A DNA stretch of 64,000 nucleotides from an uncultured Gemmatimonadales bacterium (GTDB lineage Bacteria > Gemmatimonadota > Gemmatimonadetes > Gemmatimonadales > Gemmatimonadaceae): the NCBI GenBank assembly GCA_963850905.1, contig CAWKMU010000003.1, positions 1,120,001 to 1,184,000 on the forward strand, in the 5' to 3' direction. Under the pieces are notes generated by a model. That model saw nothing but the letters and a program-made list of their open reading frames with translations. It was not told where the DNA came from and searched no databases. The translations under genes and the position numbers were made by a program. Shown in pieces: positions 50,997-61,518 of this stretch (position 1 is the first letter of the stretch; the number at the start of each line of letters is the position of its first letter).

Positions 50997-51021
50997 GGGC
51001 GACGCATTGCCTTGCCCCTAC
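50997..51021. repeat. Degenerate GTAG-type REP
   Basis: GGGCGACGCATTGCCTTGCCCCTAC. Confidence 0.7.
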
Positions 51022-51164
51022 CGCCCATTCACGACGTCAACGGGGCGGTGGGGTCCCTGCTGTTCAGGCAACACCCTAAAGTGCGGAAAGGTCGCGATGC
51101 CCCGCAACTGGCGGTCATATTTCCTCCAGGTTGTCGCTCGCCCGACACCGCCGACCGTCATTTC

Positions 51165-52298
51165 ATGCCAACATCTGAAATTCCGACCGTTCCGGTCGAG
51201 ATCACCGATCCCGTCAACGCCCGCATCCTCGCGGTCTCCGAGGATCGGATTACCGGCTTCTTGACGGACCCGTTCGCTGAGATCGCGGCGAGGTCCGGCG
51301 TTCCGGTCGAAACGGTGCTCGAGCGACTTCGTGCCATGCTTGCAGCTGGCACCATTCGCCGCATCCGCCAAACGTTGCTAGCCACCAACCTGGCGCCGGG
51401 TGCGTTGGTGGCATGGCTGGTCCCGCCCGAGCGCCTCGACGCCGCGTTCGACCTGCTCGTGCACGACGATCCATTCTCTGGCCACGTGGTGATCCGCTCG
51501 ACCGACAGCGAAACACCAGGCTCGGTCTACCGCCTGTGGTCGACGGTCAAGGTGCCGGTCGGCTTCGACATGGCCGGCCATTGCGACTATCTGCTGCGTC
51601 GCATGGGCGGTGTCCGATACCGCGTAATGCCGGCCAAGCGGCTGTTCGCGCTCGGCGTGGGACACGTGCGGCGCAAGGCGATCGAGCCTGGCGCGCGGGC
51701 CGACGCGTTGGGACAAGTCATCGACACGGCTATCGTGGAGCTCACACCCCTCGAGTGGCAGGTCCTGGAGCCGCTCAAACGCGAGTTCACGGTCGAGGAG
51801 ATTCGGTCCGATCCTTGGGGTGATCGCGCGCGCTCCGCGGGGCTGCGGCGCGACCAATTCTGTCGTGTGGCCGAGCAGCTCGCCGACCGCGGGGTCATTG
51901 GCCGGTTTTCAACGTTTCTCGAGCACGTCAAGCCGTCGATTGGCGGCACACGCGTCACGCGGTACAACGCGCTGTTCCATTGGCAAGTGCCGCCGGGGCG
52001 CGAGATCGAGGCGGGCCGTGAGGTCGGGCGCCACTTCATCGTGACGCACGCATACTGGCGGGAAGGAGGCTCCGAGTTCGGGAACGTCAACGTCATGGCG
52101 GTGGTGCACGGGACGAACAAAGCCACAGTTATGGCTCATAAAGCGGCTATTGACAGGCACTTAGCTGATGCGGGCATCAGCGTCGGATATACGAACGTGT
52201 TCTGGGGCGGGCGAAGCGAGATCAAGCCCTCAGAAGTGTCGCCGGTTGCGTATGCGAAGTGGCTGAGAGAACGCGGCCCGGACCCCTCGCCCCTGTAG
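51165..52298 (+). CDS. Tandem Lrp/AsnC-fold protein, siroheme decarboxylase AhbA/AhbB (NirDL)-like fusion
   Basis: Two HTH + RAM units (PFAEIA..GTIRRI; GVIGRF), HxYxR motif THAYWR, MAVVHG. Confidence 0.7.
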   Translation: MPTSEIPTVPVEITDPVNARILAVSEDRITGFLTDPFAEIAARSGVPVETVLERLRAMLAAGTIRRIRQTLLATNLAPGALVAWLVPPERLDAAFDLLVHDDPFSGHVVIRSTDSETPGSVYRLWSTVKVPVGFDMAGHCDYLLRRMGGVRYRVMPAKRLFALGVGHVRRKAIEPGARADALGQVIDTAIVELTPLEWQVLEPLKREFTVEEIRSDPWGDRARSAGLRRDQFCRVAEQLADRGVIGRFSTFLEHVKPSIGGTRVTRYNALFHWQVPPGREIEAGREVGRHFIVTHAYWREGGSEFGNVNVMAVVHGTNKATVMAHKAAIDRHLADAGISVGYTNVFWGGRSEIKPSEVSPVAYAKWLRERGPDPSPL

Positions 52299-52515
52299 TT
52301 AAGCCCGCCATTCTGTTCGTCCTCTTGAGGGCACAGCCGCGCCGGGGAATCCCCCTCGACGCCGCCAGGTCGCGCGCGTCTCACCCGAGCAGGTCACTCC
52401 TACGTCCGAACCGGTTACCGGGCCACACCTCCGATACCGCTCCCTGAAGCAGTGGTGGCGGGACGACGAGGCTGCCAGGGCGATCGCCGCCGCGGCAGGG
52501 TATCTGGCTGGCTAC

Positions 52516-55206
52516 GTGCTCCTCCGGTTGGTGTGGTGGGGAACGGCCCACGCCCAGGACGTCGCCACGACGCTGTATTACCTCCCGGTGTATGCTGTGG
52601 CGTCGGTCCTGTCCTGGCGCGCCTCCCGCCATCCAGCGCTCGGGCCTGCGACGCGGCGAGGGTGGCTCCTCTTCGCGATCGCCTCGCTCTGCATCTTCAC
52701 CAATGATTCGCTCGGCACATATCACGAGCTCGTGCTCCACGACGAGTCTCCGCACGTCTGGATCGATCTCTTCAGCCTCAGCGCCTATCCGTTCTGGATA
52801 GGCGGCCTCCTGGCCTTCCCGGTTGCGCCCAGGTCCCGGGATGAACGGGCCAAGTTCTGGTTCGACGTCGCAACCGTCTTGGTCGGCGGCACGATGCTGA
52901 CCTGGTACCTCGTGCTGCGGACCACCGCCATGGCGGCGAGCAGCCCGTGGAGCGACCGTCTCATGTCGGTCGCCTTCCCCGTTTCCGACCTCGTGCTGCT
53001 GCTCGCAGCGGCCACCATCCTCGCACGCGCGCCGGCTGAGGGCTCTCGCCGAGCGTTACAGATCGCCGTGGTTGGCATCGTCGGCCAGTTTGTCGCTGAC
53101 CTGGTCTATGGTCACCTGCGCTTGGTGAGCGATTATCACACCGGCGATATCATCGACGGTTTGTGGCTCACTGCAGGCCTCGCCTTCGGCGTCGCGGCGC
53201 GTGTGCAAGAGGTCGTGGCCACGCGGGGACACGCGCGGCAGCGGCAGGAAATCACCCCGCGGGCGCGGGTGGCGCTGTTGCCATACTTCTCCGTGGTCGC
53301 CGGCGTCGGCCTCCTCCTGTATGTCTCACGCCCAGTGTGGAACCAGCCACTGGGGCAGATCATCGTCGGGGCTCTGGCGCTGACCGCGCTGGTGGTGATG
53401 CGCCAGATCATCGCTGCGCGCGAGAATGTACGACTCGTGAAGGAGCGGATGCGTCAGGATGCACGCTTCCGGTCACTCGTGCAGAACGCATCGGACCTGA
53501 TTACGGTCGTCGACGCCAGTCATCGCATCTCGTATCAGAGCCCATCGATCGCGCGGCTCTTCGGGCATCAGCCCTCCGAGCTCGAAGGGCTGGCATTGTC
53601 GGAGCTCGTCCACCCCGACGACGCGAGCCGGGTGCAGTTGTTCCTGCACCGCACGATCGCCGAGGGGGGCACGTTGGCGACTGTCAACTGGCGCATGTGG
53701 CACCGCGACGGCAGCTGGCGCTCGGTCGAGAGCATTGGCATGAACCTGCTGCACGATGCCTCCGTTCGCGGCATCGTGCTGAACACACGCGACGTCAGCG
53801 AGCGAACGGCGCTCGAAGCCGAGCTCACCCACCAGGCATTCCACGATCCTCTGACAGGACTCGCCAACCGGGCATTGCTGCGTGATCGCACGGGGCATGC
53901 GTTGAGTCGGTCGCAGCGTCACGGTCAGGCGCCGCAAGCGCTGCTCTTTCTTGATCTCGACAATTTCAAGATGGTCAATGACAGTCTGGGCCACGCCGCC
54001 GGGGATTCACTGTTGGTCGAGGCAGCCCGGCGACTACTCGCCTGCGTTCGAAGCTCGGATACTGTGGCGCGACTGGGTGGCGACGAGTTCGCGGTATTCA
54101 TCGAGGATCCGGTGGATGAGGCGGCATGCACGGAGGTCGCCGAGCGGATCATTGCGGCGCTTGCGCGCCCGTTCTCGATCGGCCGGCGCGAGGTCTTCGT
54201 GGGCGCGAGTCTCGGGATTGCGACGGCACGCGATGGGGACGGAGCCGATGGTCTGCTGCGCAATGCTGACATGGCGATGTACCTCGCCAAGACGCGCGGC
54301 AAGGGACGGTACGAGCGTTTCGCGCCCGAGATGCACGTAACGGCCATCGAGCGCATCGAGCTCGAGTCCGATCTGCGGCATGCGATCGAGAACGGGGATC
54401 TCATTCTGCACTACCAGCCGATCGTCATGCTCGAGACTGGTGCGATCACCGGCGTCGAGGCGCTCGTGCGGTGGCATCACCCGCGCCGTGGCCTGTTGGC
54501 GCCCGGCCAGTTCATTGGGCTGGCGGAAGAGACCGGGATGATCCTGCCGCTCGGTGCGTGGGTGCTGCGCGAAGCCTGCAAGCAGGCGCAGCGCTGGCGG
54601 GAGCGCCGTGGTCCCGACGATCCGTTGGCGGTGACGGTCAATGTATCCGGCCGCCAGATCCAGAGCCCGCAATTCATTGCGGATGTCCGTGCGGCACTCG
54701 CCGAGTCGGGGCTCATGCCGCACGCCCTCATCCTGGAACTGACCGAGAGCGTCCTCACCGCGCACACGGAAACCGTACAGACGACACTTCACGCGCTCAA
54801 GACGGTGGGCGTGCGCCTCGCCATCGACGACTTCGGGACCGGATACTCGTCGCTGAGTTACCTGCAGCGCTTCCCCATCGACATCCTGAAGATCGCCAAG
54901 CCATTCGTCGACGACGTTGCCCATGCTGCGGGCGCGTCCGGCGTCGGCAGTCGTCGCGCCCTCGCGCAAGCCGTCATCACACTCGGCACAACGCTCTCCG
55001 TGCGGACGATCGCCGAAGGGATCGAATTACCTCAACAGCTCGACCGACTGCGGGAGCTCGGCTGCGACCTCGGCCAGGGGTTCCACTTCTCCCGTCCCGT
55101 CCCCGCGTCCGAGCTCGAGGCGCGATTGTTCGGGCCAGAGGCAGGCTTCGCCATAGACGGCCGTGGAGGCCGAGCGCGGCGCTCGACGGCGGTGGAGCCG
55201 TTGTAG
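52516..55206 (+). CDS. Membrane-bound PAS-GGDEF-EAL protein
   Basis: Multi-TM N-terminus, PAS (VHPDD), intact GGDEF, EAL and DDFGTG; frame stays open upstream so start uncertain. Confidence 0.94.
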   Translation: MLLRLVWWGTAHAQDVATTLYYLPVYAVASVLSWRASRHPALGPATRRGWLLFAIASLCIFTNDSLGTYHELVLHDESPHVWIDLFSLSAYPFWIGGLLAFPVAPRSRDERAKFWFDVATVLVGGTMLTWYLVLRTTAMAASSPWSDRLMSVAFPVSDLVLLLAAATILARAPAEGSRRALQIAVVGIVGQFVADLVYGHLRLVSDYHTGDIIDGLWLTAGLAFGVAARVQEVVATRGHARQRQEITPRARVALLPYFSVVAGVGLLLYVSRPVWNQPLGQIIVGALALTALVVMRQIIAARENVRLVKERMRQDARFRSLVQNASDLITVVDASHRISYQSPSIARLFGHQPSELEGLALSELVHPDDASRVQLFLHRTIAEGGTLATVNWRMWHRDGSWRSVESIGMNLLHDASVRGIVLNTRDVSERTALEAELTHQAFHDPLTGLANRALLRDRTGHALSRSQRHGQAPQALLFLDLDNFKMVNDSLGHAAGDSLLVEAARRLLACVRSSDTVARLGGDEFAVFIEDPVDEAACTEVAERIIAALARPFSIGRREVFVGASLGIATARDGDGADGLLRNADMAMYLAKTRGKGRYERFAPEMHVTAIERIELESDLRHAIENGDLILHYQPIVMLETGAITGVEALVRWHHPRRGLLAPGQFIGLAEETGMILPLGAWVLREACKQAQRWRERRGPDDPLAVTVNVSGRQIQSPQFIADVRAALAESGLMPHALILELTESVLTAHTETVQTTLHALKTVGVRLAIDDFGTGYSSLSYLQRFPIDILKIAKPFVDDVAHAAGASGVGSRRALAQAVITLGTTLSVRTIAEGIELPQQLDRLRELGCDLGQGFHFSRPVPASELEARLFGPEAGFAIDGRGGRARRSTAVEPL

Positions 55207-55214
55207 TCTCTGCC

Positions 55215-58200
55215 TCAGTCCCCCTGCGCCGGCAGCGGCACCGGTCCACCACGGCCCAGCGCTTCCTTGCGGTGACGCCGGCGTTCGGCACGGCTTTCCA
55301 CCCAGGTCTGCAGCTCGTCGAAGTAGGTGTAGAACACCGGCGTGACGTACAGCGTCACGAGCTGGGAGAAGGCGAGACCACCGACGACGACCACGCCGAG
55401 CGGTCGACGCGTTGACGCGCCGGCGCCCCAGCCAAAGGCGATCGGGATCGCGCCCATCAGCGCCGCGACGGTCGTCATCATGATCGGCCGGAACCGAATG
55501 CTCGCCGCCTCGAGGATGGCGTCCTTCGGCGTCCTGTTGCCGGCGCGCTCGGTCTCGATCGCGAAGTCGATCATCATGATGGCGTTCTTCTTCACGATGC
55601 CGATGAGCATGATGATCCCGACGAAGCCGTAGATGTCGAGATCCATGCCGAACAACATGAGCGTACGCCAGCGCGCCGAACGCCGCGAACGGCAGGCCGG
55701 TCAGAATCGTGATCGGGTGGATGAAGCTTTCGTAGAGCACGCCGAGAATGATGTAGATCACGAAGATGGTGAGAGCGAGGAGCAGGGGGAGCCCATCGCA
55801 TCGACTGCTCGAACGCCTGGGCCGTGCCGGCGAAGTTCATCGTGATCGCCGGCGGCAATGTCTCCTTGGCGATCTGTTGGACGGTGTTGACGGCCGTGCC
55901 GAGCGAGACGCCAGGCCGCAGATCGAAGGAGATCGTTACCGAGGGGAGCTGGCCCGAGTGGTTGATCGTCACCGGGCCGAGATCGGAGACGAACCGCGCG
56001 ACTGTCGACATCGGGATCTCCAGGCCACTCGTCGACCGCACGTAGAGCGAGTTGAGGGCGTTGATGTCTCGCTGATAGCGCGGCAACACCTCCATGACGA
56101 CCCAGTACTCGTTGGTCGACGTATAGATCGTCGACACCTGGCGCTGGCCGAACGAGTCGTAGAGGACGTTCTCGATCTCGGCTGCCGAGACGCCGAGGGC
56201 GGCCGCCTTGGCTCGGTCGATCTGGATCGTGACCTGCGGATTCTCGATCAGGAGGTCGCTCGTGACACCACTGAGCTGTGGGAGCTGCCTTGAGCTTCGC
56301 CTCCAGCACGCCGCGCGCTCGAATCCAGCACGCGTGATGTTGCCGCTCTGCATCGTGAACTGGTACAGGCTCTTCGTCTGCGAGACCGCCGATCGAGATC
56401 GCAGGCGGGTTCTGCACGTAGACCGAGATCCCCGGGACGCCGCCGACCTCCTGGGTCAGCAGTGCGGGTGATCTGGTCCGCGGAGTGCTTGCGCTGGCTG
56501 ATCGGCTTCAGGTTGATAGTGATCTGGCCCTGGTTGGCACGCGGCCAGCGTGCCGACCGACGACTGCACCGACGCGACGTCGGGGTTCTGCGCCATGATC
56601 TGGGCGACTTCCTGCTGGTGCGCGATCAGCCCGTCGTACGAGACGCCCTCCGCGGCTTCGGTCGTCGCGATCAGCTGGCCGGTGTCGTCGGTCGGGAAGA
56701 GGCCCTTGGGGATCGCGTAGAAGAGCCACCCCGTCACGACGAGCGTCACAGCGGAGAACGCCAGCGCCTCGAGCCGGTGGTTCATGACCCAGGCGAGACT
56801 GTCCTCGTATGCCTTGAGCACCCGCTCGTAGCCGGCTTCGACGGCGTTGTACAGGCGGCCGTGCACCACGCCGTGGTCCGACCGGAGGAACCGGCTGCAC
56901 AGCATGGGCGTGAGCTCAGCGACACGAAGCCCGACACGAGGATCGAGACGCCGATGGTGACCGCGAACTCGTGGAACAGCTTCCCGATGATGCCCTGCAT
57001 GAAGAGCACCGGGATGAACACCGCGGCGAGCGACAAGCGTCATCGACAGAATGGTGAAGCCGACTTCGGCCGATCCATCGAGCGCCGCCTGCATGCGCGG
57101 CTTCCCCATCTCCAGGTGCCGCACGATGTTCTCGAGCATCACGATGGCGTCGTCGACCACGAAGCCCGACGGCGAGCGTCAGCGCCATGAGCGACAGGTT
57201 GTCGAGGCTGTAGCCCAGCAGGTACATCACCGAGAACGTGCCGATGATGGACATCGGCAGGGCGAGGCTCGGGATGAGCGTCGCCGACACGTTCTTGAGG
57301 AACACGAAGATCACGCGCGACGACGAGCACCAGCGTCAGCAGCAGCGTGAACTTGACGTCGTCGACCGAGGCCTCGATGGACTGCGACCGGTCGTACAAG
57401 ATCTCCACGTCCACGGTCGTGGGGATCTCGTTGTGGATGCGCGCGAGCGCGGCTTTGACGCCGTTGGCGACCTTGACCGTGTTGGTGCCCGGCTGCCGCT
57501 GCACCGCGAGCACGATCGCCGGCTCGCCGTTCACCCAGCCCGCGGTCTTGTTGTTCTGCACGTCGTTGGTGACCCGCCCGACGTCGCTGGAGTCGGACCG
57601 GGGCGCCGTTGCGGTACGCGACGATCATGCTCGCGAACGAGGCCGCGTTCGGCAGCTGGCCGCTGGCCTGCGACCGTCAGCGCCATGCTGGGCCCCCACA
57701 GAATGCCGGTCGGGATGTTCACGTTCTGGGCGTTGACGGCCGTGTTGACGTCCTCGAGGTCGATGCCCCGCGGCCGCGAGCAACTGCGGGTCGAGCTGGA
57801 TGCGCACCGCGTACTTCTGCTGGCCATAGACCAGCACCTGGGCCACGCCGCTCGACCGTCGAGAGGCGCTGCGCGATCGTCGTCTCGCCGTACTCGTCGA
57901 GGGTCGACAGCGGCAGCGACGGCGACATGATCGCGAAGTACAGGATCGGCGTCGCCGCGGGGTTGGTCTTCTGGTACGACGGCGGGATGATGCCCTGCGG
58001 CAGCGTGCGCAGCGTCTGGGTGATCGCGGCCTGGATGTCCTGGGCGGCGGCGTCGATGTTGCGATCGAGCACGAACTGCACGACGATGGTCGTGGTCCCG
58101 ATGCTGCTCGTCGACGTCATGTTGTCGATGCCGGCGATCGTCGAGAACTGCTTCTCGAGCGGCGTGGCCACCGTCGACGCCATCGTTTCGGCGTTGGCGC

Positions 58201-58354
58201 CCGGCAGCGTGCGCGGTGACCGTGACTGTCGGGTAGTCGACGTTGGGCAGGTCGCTCACCGGCAGCCGCGTATAGGCGATGTATGCCGAAGAAGACGATG
58301 CGAGATCATGACGAGCGTCGTCATGACCGGGCGAGTAATGAAAAGACGCGTCAT
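55215..58354 (-). CDS. RND efflux permease (MdtB/C-like) copy 1, many apparent frameshifts
   Basis: [41 protein letters not shown] spread across frames. Confidence 0.85.
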
Positions 58355-58373
58355 GAGAGAGACATAAGCGGTG

Positions 58374-61300
58374 TCAGTCGCCCGCGGGGGCCGGAGCCGT
58401 GAGTGGAACACCGGCGCGGGATCGATGTGGTGACGTTGCGTCCGAGCCAGGCCTGCAGCTCGTCGAGGTAGGTGTAGAACACCGGGGTCATGTAGAGCGT
58501 GACAATCTGCGAGAATGGCGAGCCCGCCGACGACGACGATGCCAATGCCTTGTCGGGACGCCCCGGTGGCGCCCAGACCGATCGCGAGCGGGAGGCTGCC
58601 CATGATGGCGGCGGCCGTCGTCATCATGATCGGCCGGAAGCGGATGCTCGCCGCCTCGACGATCGCTTCCGCCGCCGCCTTGTGCCCGACGCGTTCGGTC
58701 GCGATCGCGAAGTCGATCATCATGATGGCGTTCTTCTTCACGATCCCGATCAGCATGATCATGCCGACATAGCCGTAGACATCGAGGCTGTGGCGCGTGA
58801 CGAGCAGCGCGATGAGCGCGCCGACGGCCGCGAAGGGAATACCCGACAGAATGGTGATCGGGTGGATGAAGCTCTCGTACAGGATCCCGAGCACCACATA
58901 GATCACGAACACCGAGAGCAGGAGCAGGACGACCAGACCTTGCTGCGAGGCCTGAAACGCCTGCGCCTGTCCGGCGAACCCGGCGGTGATGTGGGACGGC
59001 ACGATTTGGTGAGCCATCTTCTCGACTAGCCCGACGGCCTGGCTCAACGCCACGTCCGAGGACGACGTTGAACGAGATCGTCACCGAGGGCAGCTGACCC
59101 GAGTGATCGATCTCGAGTGGTCCGACGCCGCGCTGCAGTCGCGCGATGGAAGTCAGCGGCACGATCTGCTTCGTTCGCGGCGAGTAGATGTAGAGCTGCT
59201 TCAGCGAGTTCTCGTCGCGCTCGTACTGGGGCATGGACTCCATCACGACCCAGTACTCATTCGTCGGCGTGTAGATCGTCGACACCTGGCTCGAGCCATA
59301 TGCGTCGTACAGCGTCTGCTCGATCTGATTGGCGGTAATGCCGAACTTGGACGCCTCGTCGCGATCGATGAGGACATGGACCTCCGGGTTCTTGATCTGC
59401 AGATCGCTCGTCACGCCCTCGAACTCGTGGCGCGCCTCGAGGCGCTTCTGGAGTTGCTCCGCGACGTTCTCGACCTCGTGGAGATCGGGCGCCAGCAGGG
59501 TGTACTGGTAAAAGCTCTTCGAGCCGCGGCCGCCCACGCGAATGGACGGTGGGTTCTGCACGAATACGGCGATCCCCGGGACCGTGTTGAGCTTCGGCAT
59601 GAGCTCGCTCACGACCGAATCCGCGGTGAGGTGGCGGTCACTCGGTCCGGATCCCAGCGGCTTCAGCACCATGTACACGCGCCCCTGGTTGGCCGAGCCC
59701 TGCGAGCCGACCGATGGCATGATCGACTGGATGTTGGGGTCTTTGAGCAGGATGCTATCGATGCGCTGCTGGAGCGGCAGGATCGCCGAGAAGGAGATGC
59801 CCTCCGCGCCCTCGGTCGTCGCCATGAGCTGTCCCGTGTCGTCGCTGGGGAACAGTCCCTTGGGCGTCGTGATGAAGAGAACCACCATGATCACGAGCGT
59901 GAGTGCCGAGAGCCCCAGCATGACGGGCCGGTGGCGCATGACCCAGACGAGACTCCGCTCGTACGCATGCAGTGCCGAGTTGAAGCCGGCCTCCGACCAG
60001 TTGTAGAGCCGCCCATGCTTTTGCGTATGCACGGGACTCAGGAACCGGCTGCACAGCATTGGCGTGAGCGTCAACGACACACACCCGGACACCAGAATCG
60101 CCACGGCGATCGTCACACCGAACTCGTGGAACAACATCCCGATGAGGCCGCCCATGAACATGATCGGGATGAACACCGCCGAGAGCGACGTGGTCATCGT
60201 CACGATGGTCGACCCCACCTCGGCGGCACCGTCGAGGGCGGCCTGCATGCGGGGTTTGCCCATCTCCATGTGGCGCACGATGTTCTCGAGCACGACGATG
60301 GCATCATCGACGACGAAGCCCACGGCGAGAGTGAGCGCCATGAGGGAGAGGTTGTCGATGCTGTAGTGGAACAGGTACATCACCGAGAACGTGCCGATGA
60401 CGGACATCGGCAGGGCGAGGCTCGGGATGATCGTCGCCGAGACGTTGCGCAGGAAGAAGAAGATCACGAGCACGACCAGCACGAGCGCAACGCCGAAGGC
60501 GAACTTGACGTCGTGTACCCCACGCCCGATCGACACGGCCCGGTCGTAGGTGACGCGCAGGGTGACATCTGGCGGGATCTCGCCCTTGATCTCATCGAGC
60601 AGGACGTGGACGGCACGCGTGACGGCGACGGTGTTGGTGCCGGGCTGCCGCAGGACGTACAATCCGACGGACCGCTCATCGTTGAACCAGGCGGCCGTGC
60701 GGTTGTTTTGCACGTCATCCGTGACGCTGGCTATGTCGCGGAGGCGCACGGGGGCGCCATTGTGATACGCGACGACGATGTCGCCGAACTCACGGGCGTT
60801 GTAGAGGTTGCCAGTGGCCTGGACCGTGATGGTCTGGTGCGCTCCCCACATGACGCCCGTTGGCAGATTCACGTTCTGCTCGTTGACGGCATTGGTCACC
60901 TGATCGACACCGATCCCGCGTGAAGCGAGTGCCTCCGGGTTGAGCGCAATGCGGACGGCGTACTTCTGCTGTCCCCACACACCCACCTCGGCGACACCGT
61001 CGACCATCGACAGGCGCTGGGCGATGGTGGTTTCGGCGACCTCGTCGAGCACCGAGAGCGGCTCGATCTTGGACGTCAGCGCCATGAACATGACGGGCGC
61101 CGCGGCGGGGTTGGAGCGGTGGAAGCTCGGGGGGATGATGCCGACCGGCAGGTAGACCATCGCCTGCGAGATCGCCGCTTGGACGTCCTGCGCCGCGGCG
61201 TCGATCTTTCGATCGACGTTGAACTGAATGACGATGTCCGTCGACCCGAGGTCGCTCGACGACGTCATGTTGTCGATGCCGGCAATCGTCGAGAATTGCT

Positions 61301-61512
61301 TCTCGAGCGGGTGTGGCCACCGCGGCCGCCATCGTCTCCGGGCTCGCACCAGGGAGCTGGGCGAACACGTGAATGGTCGGATAATCGACGTTCGGCAGGT
61401 CGCTGACCGGCAGTTTGGTGTACGCGATGATCCCAAAGGCCAACACGCCGACCATGACGAGCGTCGTCATGACCGGACGCATGATGAAGAGCCGCGGGAT
61501 CGAGAAGGGCAT
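58374..61512 (-). CDS. RND efflux permease copy 2, several frameshifts
   Basis: [14 protein letters not shown] start, same motifs, ends AGD-stop like the neighbouring copies. Confidence 0.87.
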
Positions 61513-61518
61513 CAGCGG

